NCBI GenBank assembly: GCA_951406725.2
Contig: OX597815.1
Span: 153,264,001-153,328,000, forward strand
Length of the DNA stretch: 64,000 bases
Source: Octopus vulgaris
Lineage: Eukaryota
Reading direction: 5' to 3'
Shown: positions 13,567 through 27,275 of the stretch, one piece after another
How the letters are laid out: the number at the start of each line of letters is the position of its first letter
How positions within the stretch are numbered: the first letter of the stretch is position 1
Translations under genes and position numbers: made by a program
The notes under the pieces: generated by a model
The model's database searches: none
Told to the model about the DNA's origin: nothing
Seen by the model: the letters and a program-made list of their open reading frames with translations, nothing else

Positions 13567-13600
13567 CGAAATATGGAGAGCAATTGGGAAATATAGATGA

Positions 13601-15994
13601 CTAGCAATTTTGACCCGTGCTTCGCTCGGGTTTTGGTGGTGGTGTTGTTTTGTGCGTGTTGTCTCCTTTTCCCTTTCTTCTTTTGTTCATCTTCTTTGCT
13701 TTTCCCATATTCCTCACCATGGCAACCAAACGCTAGCCCCAAGCTATTTGCAACCCTCCTCACACCATTGCCCACTCTATTTTACCCACAGTGTAAATTT
13801 TGACGCCAGTCCGACCCCATCTACCGGCCCTTAAACCGTCCCATCCCAAAATGAGACAAATAACCAAGAAATCAAACAACTTTTTCGCATTTCAGCTTTA
13901 TAGATATTGACTAGCTTAAGATGACCCGCTCTACGCGCGGGTGAGGGTGTGGTTGTTACTTTCTGTTGCTTCCTTTCTGTTTCTTATCGCCATATTCTCT
14001 CTCTTTGTTTCTCTCTCCTTTCTCTCTTACTTTCGCACTCTCTTACTTTTCCGTTCTATCGGACTCTCCCTCGCTTTCTCTTACTCTCTATCTTTCTCTA
14101 TCTATCTCTCTCTCCCATTTATAAAAAAACAAAAGATCTTGAGTAAGCTGAGAAAGAAAATATTTTGAAAGATCAATCATAAATATCAGACAGTGACAAC
14201 GGAAAGCACACGTGTCGCTATTTGAGCGATTAAAAATAAGGGAAAAAATGATTTCTTTGTTAAATTTAGTACTTACTTTGGGAATTTTCGACGATTGACC
14301 ATGCAAATGAAAGCTCTAAACACGGGCTACATGCAGCTGTAAATTTCTTTAAAAAAAAAAATTAAAACTGTAAACAATAAAAAATAAAAGGCAAAAATAC
14401 GTAAAAATGAGAAATTTTTTTCAACTTCAAAAATCTTGCCTTAATTTTCAAAATTTCGAACCCATTTCTGCGCTTAAATTACAAATACGCTTCCACTTTA
14501 CCATGTTGAAAATTTGATTGAAATCGGGCAAAAGGTGTCCAATCTAGACCCCCAAGTGTCCCCCAAAATCAATAAAATCCCCGTTTTCACACCAAAGCAA
14601 CCACTGTAGCGCCCCAAAACTTCTCCCAATGAATTCCTCACCTCAAGTTACCTCCTCCTGTAAATTTTAATCCCTTTCCAGTCCCATTTAGACCCCTTTG
14701 TACATAAAAATCCAATTAACGTTCGCCTTTCTTCATTTTATAGATTAGATTAGATGCCAATCGCGCCAATCTGGAGGGGCTTAGAGCCCTTTTGAATCGA
14801 TAAAAAAAACCCACTCTTCTCACCAAAGCAACCACATATTTCCAGATGGCGAGTTTGTGTCAATTTTCAGCTCGATCCGTCCATTGGTTTGGCCGCCAAC
14901 CTCTGACGTAGCAAAATGGGCACACAATTTTGATCCAAAGCCTCTTTTATATATATAGATTAGCTTAAGGTGACCCACTCTATGCGCGGGTGAGGGTGTG
15001 GTAGTTACTTTCTGTTGCTTCCTTTCTGTTTCTTATCGCCACATTCTCTCTCTTTGTTTCTCTCTCCTTTCTTTCTCACTTTCCCACTCTCTTACTCTTC
15101 CTTTCTATCGGACTCTCCCTCGCTTTCTCTATCCTTCTCTATCTCTCTCTCTCCCATTGATAAAAAAAAAAGATCTTGAGTAAGTTGAGAACGAAAATAT
15201 TTTGAAAAATCAATCATAAATATCAGGCAGTGACAACGGAAAGCACATTTGCCTTTTGTACGTGCCACTATTTGAGTGATTAAAAATAAGGAGAAAAAGG
15301 ATTTCTTTGTTAAATTTAGTACTTATTTTGGGAATTTTTCGACGATTGATCATGCAAATGAAAGCTCTAAACACGGGCTACATGCAGCTGTAAATTTCTA
15401 TCAGAAAAAATTATAACTGTAAACAAAAAAAAAATAAAAGCAAAAATACGTAAAAATGAGAAACCGCCCCTTAAACCATCCCCATCCCAAAATGAGACAA
15501 ATAACCAAGAAATCAAACAACTTTTTCACATTTCAGCTTTATAGATATGGATTACCGTCACTAATGTCTAGGGGTCGATGACGATAATATATTAAGATTA
15601 GCGGGAATATTTAAAGTTTTGTGGCTGTCAACGCTTTCTCTCTATAGATACAGACAGACGTACAGTGAGAGAGGTGGTGGGAGACAGAGTGTCAAAGAGA
15701 CGGCGAAGTTGTCAAACGTCGTTATAGTGAGAATGTGGGGGGAAGAAAGAAAAGAGAGATGGAGGAAAACAAGGTGATACGCGAAAGAGAGAAACGACAA
15801 ACACTTGCCAAAGTGTAGGTTTTGTTGCCCTAGTAACAACAGCTTTTGAGACCTAGTCCACTCACTTCCTCGCCTCTTTTTATTTGTTGCTGTAAATATT
15901 GGAGCCAATCCGACCCCATCTAGTGCCCCTTAACCCGCTCCAATCCCAAAATGAGACAAAGTTTTCGCATTTCAGCTTTATAGATATTGACTAG
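13601..15994 (-). mobile_element. Nest of non-autonomous Helitrons (about 5 head-to-tail units)
   Basis: Units end (on minus) in CTAG with a subterminal hairpin (13601 with acccgtgcttcgctcgggt; 13911 with acccgctctacgcgcgggt; 14960 ttag with acccactctatgcgcgggt). They begin TC followed by ATATCTATAAAGC or TATATATATAAAA (13910, ~14754, 14959, 15551, 15990). 13911-14420 and 14960-15465 are direct copies. Confidence 0.75.
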
Positions 15995-15996
15995 GC

Positions 15997-16059
<63 letters not shown>

Positions 16060-18237
16060 AAGAAAAAGCGATAGAGAAAGAGGGAGAGGGGGAGAGAGAC
16101 GGGAGAAAGAGACGGGAGAGAGGGGCGGGTGAGAGAGACGGGAGAAAAAAAGGTGGGGAACGAGAACGGTGGAGGGGGGAGAGAACGTGAGACAGAGAAA
16201 GATAAAAATGTAGCTAAAAAGGCCGATAGTATTGGGATGCAAAATTATGACGTTGCTTGGAAATGCATGCTGTTCGTTACGTGCGCCGCCGTTTTACATC
16301 TTTGCGGACTGAATCATTTTCAGACTTTAGTCATTTGTTTACGGACACAACGCAGTGTTAACGACAGGATACAAAGCGTTACTCCATTAGCTAATTTTCC
16401 AGACTCCCACCTACTCAGTTATTGTATTTTCTAACATAGACTCTTTAAAATAATAAACTGAAGAGCGAAGGAGGAGGGCAGAGGGAATAAGTCAAGTGGG
16501 TGATATTTGTCATCTAATTTTCGCGTATTATTCAATAGAAGCAGAATTAATTAAAATAGCCATCTTTATGTCATCCGTAATGCAAACACATTGTTGAAAG
16601 GCAAATTTACTGAAGTATTTGTCCAACGGTAACATCTCTTATGGACATATCGGATGAAGACGAAAATTGTTCAAGTAGCGGCTAGCAACAACGCTAGATG
16701 TGTTTCAGCATGGTGAGGTCTTGTCAATGATGTGTTTTCACAGCCGGCCACATATTTAGACAAGATTTTTCGCCTCCGATATATAGGAAACTGTGCAGAA
16801 CATTCACTGATATTGCAAATAGCCGCTCGGTTAAATATAAATCCGTTATGTGCAATAGCAGCAATGTTAAATTATAATAGCCCTCTATGTATCATACTTA
16901 ATCAAAATTCATCTCTAAAATTTAGAAATATGAAACTAAACATACTACATTTATTGTATATATGAGTGTTCGTACACGTTTGCGCTTGAGTGTCTCTATG
17001 CGCATTCTGGCGCACTAGCAATAATTATTGTTTATAATCGTCCATTGCAAGTACTTTAGTGTAGGTGGTATTTCTACCGGTGGACTCAGTCTGCGACCCA
17101 GGTTCCTATAATTATAATTCCTTCGTTTCAGGCATGAACGCTTTAACCCTGGGTCTTACACACCATGGCATCAGTAGTTATAGTGGAAGGCCTATAAATT
17201 GTTGCGCTGCTCGTATTAATGCGTGAAAATATTTTCATTCATTGGGACATGGTTTAACGTGAATATGTCCGTGACTCAGCAGATCTATACTCAAAAGCGT
17301 TCAATTCGTGACACCCCGTTTATTTATTCTGTGTGGTATACCCTAAATTATATTATTCTGAATGTTCTTTTATTTCTTCAGCATACATGGGCTACTCTTA
17401 GAGTTCGAAATATACATGTAAATGACCTGGGTTTTACCTCGCGTACATTTTGACGACTATGAGGTGTACTCATCAAATTTGGGTGGCGAGGTGGCAGTAT
17501 TTTCTGTGAAGGTTTGGAATTCGAGGTAACAAGCGATCTTTTTGGACCCGAGCAGTAAGTTGGTGGTGGGTGTGGATAGACGGATTTCTTAATGTGTCCA
17601 AAGTTTTCTTTAGCATTAGCTGGGTATTGGAATTGCATGATAGACACACACTGTGGTTGCATGTTGTTCATCAATAAGAGACGAGTCTCAATAGTCTTGC
17701 GAAACTCGAAGACTGTCTTCTTAAAGCTAAGGCAGATACTCTAAAATACCAAGAAAAGAAAACCATTCGATAGACCCGAGTGACAGGGTGGTGGAAGAAC
17801 AACGTAACAACGAAGCTACATTTCGGTCTTTCAGAGACCAGGACGGGCGCATTTTACTAACTTTTAGGCTGATATATACTACTTTCTAGCAGCACCCTGC
17901 TCAATCAGAGACGGTAGAAAATTTTAGTTTTTACATCGATGGTTTACTTTCGAAGGAAGACTCAGATGTTGCGGAAAAAAAAAACTGATTACAACTGCTG
18001 AGAGGGTGTGACTGAGCGGTCAACTTGTAACCTCGACGGGAGGCGATGAGCGATTGTAAAAAACACAAATCGGTTTGGATGGTCGGTTTCACGAAAATAT
18101 GCTAAATTTGATCGGCGACCATCTATGTCTACTACAACTAGCAGCAGAACTGAAGAATTTCCACTTCAATGAGCCGAGTGAAGGTTAGCACTTGCGCCTA
18201 AACCAGAAACAATTATTAATATTAATTTAGTGAAGAA

Positions 18238-18620
18238 AGCGGCGAGCTGGCAGACTCGTTTGCACGTCGGGCAAAATGCTTAGCGACATTTCGTCAGTCT
18301 TAACATACACAATTCAAAATTCTTAGAAGCGCTTCGTCCACCTTTAAGTTCTGAACTCAAATTGCGCCACAATCGACATTTCCTTTCAGTGGTCGATAAA
18401 AATAAGTACCAGTCAAGTACTGGGGTTGATGTAATCAACCTCCCACACCCCTCAAAATCTGCTGACCCTGCGCAAAAATTTGAAACCATTATTATTTTCA
18501 GCCCTTTTACTTTTGGCGTCATTAAAATAAAATACCAGTAAAATATTGGGGTTGATGAAATTGACTCACCTGTCCACTCAGAATTTCTGACATTGTTACT
18601 TACATTTGAAGCAATTGTTA
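18238..18620 (+). mobile_element. SINE family A copy plus a partial tandem copy
   Basis: ggcgagctggcagactcgtt...aaatgcttagcgacatttcgtc...ggtcgataaaaataagtaccagtcaagtactggggttgatgtaatc. Confidence 0.75.
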
Positions 18621-21428
18621 TTCGTTTATATTCGAATCAAACATGTTTCTTTTCGACTCTGTAGTTTTTGAATTTTTAAACATAGCTTAAATCTGAAAAC
18701 GTTTTCTTCATATTTAAAGTGAGTGGCATCACAAACAAAGGTGTTGATTAATCATTTATTTATTTGGCCCTTTCGGGGCAGTAAGACACTGCATTAGAAC
18801 ATTTAGAGTTTGAATGGTTGTTTTCTACTTAATTTCTCAGGTATCTATATCGCATGGCGACGAAAACCGAATAGGGAAGAAATAATTTCTCAAAGAAAAA
18901 ATTCAAAGTGTTTTTAAAAGCAATAAACAAAGAAAAATAACATAAATACAATTTGCATCAACGCAATTATTTCGAAAAGAAAATGCAACAACAACAGCAA
19001 AAACAACATCGGCACTTCCACATACACACAAGTCTTGTCCTGCAAAAATATTAACAGAAAAATGCTCTTGTCCTTATTGCTTTAAGCAAGAAGTACTACA
19101 TTGGGAAAGGGCAAGAACCAGAAAGAACTAGCGCAACACTGTGCTAATGAACTCTCTCTTAGCCTAAGATATTTATCCGAGAGCGCTCCGTAATAAAGCT
19201 GATATACCTATGCCCCTTCAAAAGCGGAACAGAGTTCGGTATACCGACAAAAGAGGAATTATGGGCAGCCTTGGGAGATGTATAAGGCAACACTTCATCC
19301 ATTGATCGAGCCAAATCCTTTGGGATAGATCTACTTGCATTTCAAGACTAAAGCAATTACAAAAAGGCCATGAGAAATAATACGCGTAGCATGCACTCAT
19401 TGATTCATACCTCAATGATGCTTACGACACCCAACTGTGACACTAAAGGTGACTGGCATTGATATTGATCCCTAACTTGATTTCACCTGTATGGAACAAA
19501 ATGACGAGGTGATAAGTATGGAGATCGCATAAACGTCATTTGGGAGCATTTTCCCCGTTATGTGCGTAGTAACTAAAGATATGAGGTGCAAGCCATAAGA
19601 TATAGTTGTTATACATTTGGTAGTAAGAGCCACTTGAAGGGCTTTGTTTTTTCGTTCAAGGGCTTATAACCAAAAATAACATCAACGGTAGGATGTAGAG
19701 GCTGCTGTTTCACCAACACTTTGGAATTGTTGAAGATCGCTTCGTCTTCGCTCCTAAGAGTTGACGAAGAGACCGAGGAACTCATCCTCTCGATCATAGT
19801 CAGTGGTGACAACAACGGTAAGATAGGGAAGGAAAGTAATTCACAACAGAAACAGCTACAAACTTTTTTCCATAACATTAACTAGCAACAGCAGCACTCT
19901 ATCGTCTTCTGACGAGAGGGAGGTGATGAGAAAAGTTTCCAAAACAGCCAGAGAAGATTAAAAAGGGAGAAAAAGAATGTCTCTACGAAAGAGAGGTGGA
20001 TACCGACAGAATATAGGAAAGACAATGAAGGGGACCATACTCCCCGGAATCACAGTAATGATGCACCTATCTCAAAACAACAATCATGTTGATAAATTGT
20101 GTTTCACGCAATGCAGAATCTCGCATTTGTGGTGCTATGGGAATTATGGTGGTGGTGGTGGTGTGTGGGGGGTCTGTTGGGTGTGATGTGGAGGTGGATT
20201 GATAACCGAAAAGCAATTCGGATTGGAATATAAAAACATTCAAATAATAGAACCTTGGTAAAACATTTTTTTTTCTCATTTTGGAATAAGGTCAACAATT
20301 TTAGGGAAAAGAGCAAATCGATTACATGGTCCCGGTACTTGAAAGGTACATTATTATAGACCCTAAAAGGGATGTAAAGCTGGCCTCAGCGCGATTTGAA
20401 CTCAGAAAGTAAAGAGCCGGAAGAAATATCGCTAAGCGTTTTTTTCCAGAGGGTTAATGTTAGTACAAGTTTGGTACGATAATGTTGCTAAAAATCATTA
20501 TAAAACTATAGCAATGAGCTAAATGTAGTCGTGTCCTAAACCTAAAGACGTGGGTTGTTTTCTTATGCAACCCACTCAGAAAAAAAATGCTAACGGATGC
20601 ATTTAGGTGCACGTGTAATGACGGGAGATAAACGACATGAGGTGCTCCAACCAAACCAGGCCAATAGTGCCTTAGTCCTGAGTGGGCGACAATACTAAAT
20701 TTAAACGCTTTCGGCATTTTTTCTTTCTTTTTTTTTTCTTTTTTTTTCTTGATATTTCATTTTTATCTTGTTTGCATTATTTTATCATATTTTTGTTTTC
20801 CTTTATCCGTGGAGCTATTTTCTTTTTATAAATCTTTAAACTTGTCTCCACTTTAATTGTAAAACATCATTTACTCCCTTCCCGCTTCGCCTATACCCAA
20901 CATCTCTGTCCCACTGTACACGAATTTGTCAAGCTGCTATTCAACACAGATCGTATTTCCTGGCATCTCTTATAAACCGCAAAGGTTAATAAAGAAGCCG
21001 TCATCATCATCATCATCATCATCATCATTGATTAGTTAATTAAATTATCAATTAATAAGGCGGTGAGGAGAGAAATTTCATCACCCGATACAATGTAAAA
21101 ATCTAGTTAAGTTATTTCGGTTCTAAATTCAAACAAACTCTTTGTCAGTTTTGCTTTTTTTTTTTTCTTCCTTTCAACTTATTCTCCGAGGACGATGGGT
21201 AGATTCTAATGAACTAAACTCCTCCCTCGCAAAAATTAACTTTGTACCCACTCAAAGCAATATTTGTTTCTATTAACTGCTCGGAAATAAACGTTTTATT
21301 ATCGAACCATAAAAGAAAAAAAAATAAGTTAATGTAAATGGTATTAATCCAGGCTGACAAAAGGATAAAAGGTCGATCACATACAAACACACACAAACAC
21401 ACATACACACGCTCACGCACGCACAGTC

Positions 21429-21464
<36 letters not shown>

Positions 21465-21724
21465 GTATATATATATATATACACGTATATATATATGTGT
21501 ATGTATCTATATATGTATGTGTATATATAGTATATATATATATATACACACATATATATGTATGTGTATATATAGTATATATATATACACACATATATAT
21601 GTATGCATATATATATGTATATATGTATATGTATTTATATACATATATAATCACGTAATATATATGTACATACACAAACACTCATACACGCATACATGCA
21701 TACACACATGCATACATGCATGTA

Positions 21725-21853
<129 letters not shown>

Positions 21854-22125
21854 GTATATTGTATATGTATGAAGAGGAGGAGTTAAGAGAAGTGGTGAGA
21901 TGTATTATTCACTGCACAATGTCACATAGCTGACGAGTTGGGCGGATCTATGTGATATCATTCATGTATCGCTTGATAAAGTGAGCGGGCGTTTCTATCA
22001 CCTTGGAAGATCGCAATCGTAATCTTGTCATACGTAACAAAAGGAAACTCATTAGGGAAGCCAACCACAGAAAAGCTATAACATCTTTTCTCTCTCCTCC
22101 TCTTCGTCCGCCTCCATCTTTCTCA

Positions 22126-22242
22126 TTCTTCTTCTTCTTCTTCTTCTTCTTCTTCTTCTTCTTCTTCTTCTTCTTCTTCTTCTTCTTCTTCTTCTTCTTC
22201 CTCTCCTCCTTCTTCTTCTTCTTCTTCTTCTTCTTCTTCTTC
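22126..22242. repeat. (TTC)n microsatellite
   Basis: Directly visible. Confidence 0.97.
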
Positions 22243-22572
22243 ACTTCCTCCTCCTTTTCCTCCATCTTCCTTTTTTTTTCCTATAATAAAACTTATATTA
22301 GACTTCCTCAGCTTCGCATCTAATTTCTACTCCACCCCCGTTTTTCACTCATTCATTCATTCATTCTCTCACTCATTCATTCAGCCATTCATTCATTCAT
22401 TCATTCAGCCAGTCATCACAATCGCAACGGCAAGAACAACAGCAGCAGCTGCAGCAGCAACAGTAGAGACTTCAATACCACCTTACTGATGCTGTTGCTG
22501 CTGATGGTTAGCTATTGCTGCTGCTCGTTGCTGCTGCTTCAGTTGCAACTGTGACCCTACTCAACCGTTACA

Positions 22573-22610
22573 TATATAGGCCTGTGATACGGCAACAACA
22601 CTTCAGTTGA
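22573..22610 (+). promoter_or_regulatory. Candidate core promoter: TATA-like box plus initiator
   Basis: TATATAGG at 22573 and Inr TCAGTT at 22603-22608 (A+1 = 22605), i.e. TATA at -32. Upstream TGACG (21931) and GGGCGG (21940). Confidence 0.55.
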
Positions 22611-22680
22611 AAGATTCACGCCGGCAACTGCAAAACTCAGCGACTTCTGATAACAACGTGTTTCTAATAGAGAAACAAAA
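22605..22680 (+). other. Candidate non-coding first exon (5' UTR) of the NKY gene
   Basis: 76 nt from the Inr to the donor AAA|GTAAGA (GT at 22681). Contains no ATG. The NKY ATG is 1 nt after a splice acceptor, so an upstream exon is needed. Confidence 0.5.
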
Positions 22681-22945
22681 GTAAGACAACTTACGTATCT
22701 ACTATGTGTGCGCATATATTTTGATGAGTGTGTGTATGGTGTCTTTATATGTGAATATTGAGTGTTTCTCTGTGTGTTTGTATGCGTGTGGATGCATGTG
22801 CCTACTTTGTTGTTGTTTTTGTTGATCATGTGTCAATATTTTAGTTTTGTTTCATTTGTATACCGTTTATTATAAAATTAATTGACCAATTAATTTCAAT
22901 AGCTGTCCTTAATTTTTATTGGCCAAGAAGTTTGGTTATATATAT

Positions 22946-23163
22946 ACAAGCATATATGTATGTATGTATTATATGTATATATATATATATGTGCATATAT
23001 ATATATATACATATATATATACCATTTCTATCAATATAATATATATATATTATATTGATAGAAATGGTATATATATATGTATATATATATATGTATATAT
23101 ATATATATGCACATACATATATATATATATATACATATAATACATACATACATATATGCTTGT
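22946..23163. repeat. ~218-bp AT-rich palindrome between two copies of a ~70-bp direct repeat
   Basis: Centre accatttctatcaatataat|(at)n|attatattgatagaaatggt; outer arms caagcatatatgtatgtatgtattatatg / catataatacatacatacatatatgcttg. Flanking repeat taaaattaattgaccaat...ggccaagaagtttggtta at ~22872 and ~23357. Confidence 0.85.
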
Positions 23164-23268
23164 GTATATACACACATACTCACACATATATACGTATGCA
23201 TATATATGTCTATACATATGCACACACACCACATAATATATACATATGCATATACATATGCATATATG

Positions 23269-23301
<33 letters not shown>

Positions 23302-23302
23302 T

Positions 23303-23334
<32 letters not shown>

Positions 23335-23659
23335 CAAAATTAAGAGGAATGACCACTAAAATTAATTGACCAATCATTTTCAATAGCTGTCCTTAATTTT
23401 TATTGGCCAAGAAGTTTGGTTACATATATATATATAAGTGAAGTTATAAGAATTGGGTTTTAAAGTTTCAAATTTCCATTGGAAGTAATGATTACTGGTA
23501 ACAAATATTATCGAAATGAGATTTGATAAGCGCCAGTGAACGAAATGCCATATATATATATATATATGGCATTTCCTACTTTTCTTAACGTGAAACCAAT
23601 TGTGGCCTTATCGTTCGATATTTACGTATACATACATACATACATACATACATACGTGT

Positions 23660-23942
23660 GGAGGCGCAATGGCCCAGTGGTTAGGGCAGCGGACTCGCGG
23701 TCGTAGGATCGCGGTTTCGATTCCCAGACCGGGCGTTGTGAGTGCTTATTGAGCGAAAACACCTAAAACTCCACGAGCTCCGGTAGGGGGGGGGGCGATC
23801 CCTGCAACTTTCACTCACTCGTTCTTCTGTCGGCCTGCTCGCTTAGCCAGCGGGGTAGCATCATTTGAAGGCTAAAACAATGCGAAGCGCATTGTGACCA
23901 GCGATGTGTAGCAACATCTGATAGCCTGGTCGGTCACCGTAA
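23660..23942 (+). mobile_element. tRNA-derived SINE family C
   Basis: A box (tggcccagtggtt) and B box (ggtttcgattccc) head; body matches the copy at 54950. Confidence 0.85.
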
Positions 23943-23951
23943 CATACATAC

Positions 23952-24075
<124 letters not shown>

Positions 24076-24380
24076 ATATATATATGCATATATAATATAT
24101 TCATGTTTTTGAGTTCTATTTTTCCTGTTTGTATCACCAAAGCCACACACACACATATACACATACATACACACACTTATATATATATACATACATAACA
24201 TGCACTCTTTATTTAAAAGTTAATTATTCTGTATATTATTTAAAATTTTTTTAGATATTCATGAAATGTTTTATAGATGTCATATATTTTCAGTCTGAAC
24301 ATTAGCTTACTTATTAGTTTCGTCAACTGATTAGCCGACATACTGATACCAAGAGAAAAACGCTCAAAAACTTATGCATA

Positions 24381-24432
<52 letters not shown>

Positions 24433-25321
24433 TCTTTGTTTTATTAAGTATATAATGTTTAAGACTAACAGCATCTGTATTTTTATATCGATCCCAGGCT
24501 GATAAAATATTGATGTGGGTGTTGATAAAATATATTACAAGTCACGTGCTACTCCAAACTTAGTCAACACTTTTCTGTAAGCAAATTGTACCCTTTTCAG
24601 AAGAATTTGTAGAAATTGTTTGCGCATCAGAAAAAATACATTACTGTGTTTGTTGTGGCTCTTTACGTTGAGTGTTTTAAACGCCACCGAGGTCAAATTT
24701 GCCTGTCATTCTGTCTTGGCTGATAACATAAAGTGCCAGTCAGGTACTGGCATCAAATTTAACTGACTGAGCCTCTCCCATCGAAATCGTCAGCCTTGGG
24801 TCCAGGATTGGTAGGATCATTAGAGAGTCAAATGAAATGCTTTGCGATATTCCTTCTGGCTTTTACGCTCTGGTTTCCAATCTCGCCGAGATCACTTTTG
24901 TTTTTCATTCTTTCAGAGTCGATAATATAAAGTACCCAATCAAGTTCTGGTCTCAATTCCATCGATTAAATCTTAAGGCTTAAATTTCAGTTTATGTGCC
25001 TAAATTAGAAACAATTGTTACCGCAAAAAATCGTTTTGCAAATATTGCATTTAAAAGTTTCATTTTATAAATGTTACTCATATTAAGAAAAATAGTGAAT
25101 TTATGAATAATTTATAAAATTAGTCAAATTGAGAAGCTAATTTTAGTTTCATAAAGAATTTTGTGTTGGCTACATTTATATGTACGTATGTATGTATGTA
25201 TGTATGTATGTATGTATGTATGTATGTATGTATGTATGTATGTATGTATGTATGTATGTATGTATCTCTCTCTCTCTCTCTCACTATATATACATATATC
25301 TATCAATCTATCTATCCATCC

Positions 25322-25429
<108 letters not shown>

Positions 25430-25478
25430 ATATTATATATATATATATGAATAATAAAATATAGTATAAAGTATAGGT

Positions 25479-25723
25479 GGAGGCACATGACTTAGTGGTT
25501 AGGGTGTCAGCATCATGATCGTAAGATTGTGGTTTCGATTCCTGGACCGGGCGACGCGTTGTGTTCTTGAGCAAAACACTTCCTTTCACGTTGCTCCAGT
25601 CTACTCAGTAAGCAAAAATTAGTAACGCTGCGATGGACTGGCGTCCCGTCCAGCTGGGGAACACATACGCCATTGAAACCAAGAAACCAGTCCATGAGCC
25701 TGGCTAGGTTTTAAAAGGGCGCA
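25479..25723 (+). mobile_element. tRNA-derived SINE family D (V-SINE-like body)
   Basis: tRNA-like head (tagtggttagg...gtttcgattcc), then tgtgttcttgagcaaaacact and ctgcgatggactggcgtcccgtccag. Partial copies at ~33282-33462 and ~48904-48968. Confidence 0.75.
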
Positions 25724-25751
25724 TTTATTTTTATTTATAAAGTATTGAATA

Positions 25752-25800
<49 letters not shown>

Positions 25801-26524
25801 TATATATATCGAAATTTTTATATACACTTGTATATGTATTTATGTTTCCGATTTTATATAATTACTTTTTTAGTTAGAACGTATTAGAAACTTGAACATT
25901 TCTGTTAAAGTTTTTACCATTTCCAGGATTTGGGTTTAAATTTGATATTAACACATCTATGATATATGGCATATATATATCTACATATAATACAAGTAGA
26001 TATATAATATGACATGCGTAAGGGAACTTGTACAACGTCCAAATTATTGCATGCTCCAGAAAAACTGTATTCTGTTATACAAGCTCAGCCTTCTAAGTTA
26101 AAGTACTGCATTAACTATTGTTCTAATGTTCTTTTGAACTTATTTCTTTCACACAGAATAACATACATATCTAAATACCATTAAAAAATATTCCTATATT
26201 TATATTATATTTTTTCGGCATTATTCATAAATATACGATGCCGTCATATATTATATAAAAGGATGTTCGATTTTATCTCATTCTAACGCTCGTCTGTATG
26301 TGTTTAGTATTTGTAAATATGACAGTGAAAAATGATAATCCTAAAATACTGGATCGGTTTTTACTTTGCAGTTTCCCTTAGTCACCATATTTTCTCGTTG
26401 TATACTTGTCACTTCAATAATTTGAACTTTATAAGTTTTTATATTTTAAGAAAGAAAAGATTGAAAGTTATGATGAGTAATCATTTGCTAGAAGTTTCGT
26501 TATTTCATGACATGATGCTGCTGA

Positions 26525-26561
<37 letters not shown>

Positions 26562-26562
<1 letters not shown>

Positions 26563-26993
26563 GCATAGGAGTGGCTGTGTGGAAAGTAGCTTGCTTACCA
26601 ACCACATGGCTCCGGATTCAGTCCCACTGCGTGGCACCTTGGGCAAGTGTCTTCTACTATAGCCTCGGGCCGACCAAAGCCTTATGAGTGGATTTGGTAG
26701 ACGGAAACTGAAAGAAGCCCGTCGTATATATGTATATGTATATATATATGTGTGTGTGTGTGTGTGTATACGTTTGTGTGTCTGTGTTTGTCCCCCCCTC
26801 AACATCGCTTGACAACCGATGCTTGTGAGTTTACGTCCCCGTAACTTAGAGGTTCGGCAAAAGAGGCCGATAGAATAAGTACTAGGCTTACAAAGAATAA
26901 GTGCTGGGGTCAATTTGCTCGACTAAAAGCGGTGCTCCAGCATGGTTACAGTCAATTGACTGAAACAAGTAAAAGAGTGAAAGAGTAAAAGAG
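26562..26993 (+). mobile_element. Full-length tRNA-derived SINE family B (CORE-like)
   Basis: Head tggctgtgtgg...ggattcagtcc, CORE-like gcaccttgggcaagtgtctt, internal (TA)/(TG) tract, tail (gtaaaaga)n. Many other copies in the window. Confidence 0.9.
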
Positions 26994-27244
26994 ATATATA
27001 TACGGAGAGAGAGAGATGAACACATTTACTCTTGACTGTCGAAAGAAAGAATAGTCTATATCGTAGTAGAAATTTAATAGCATTGTCATTTTGTTTGAGT
27101 CAGTGTCTTGACACTCTGGAGTTTCGCTTGTCTGCTCACTGGTTCGTCAGACAAATTATGACTGTTAACTCGATTGAAGATCTGTGAGCGCATGAGTAAA
27201 GCTCCAGAGTAGCAGGACACCGACGAAGCAAAAAATAAGAAAAT

Positions 27245-27275
<31 letters not shown>

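Noticed and set aside
19000-19900. Higher-complexity stretch that looks like decayed coding sequence
   Set aside because: Multiple stops and no motif I can assign; needs TBLASTX or a Dfam search. Similarly unresolved are 17000-18200 and 28600-29150 (possible old LINEs).
19909-19940. CTGACGA...GAAA hammerhead-like words
   Set aside because: No stem II or stem I pairing.
23660-23735. tRNA-like sequence
   Set aside because: Continues into a SINE body repeated elsewhere (54950), so it is a SINE head rather than a tRNA gene. The same applies to 25479 and 26562.
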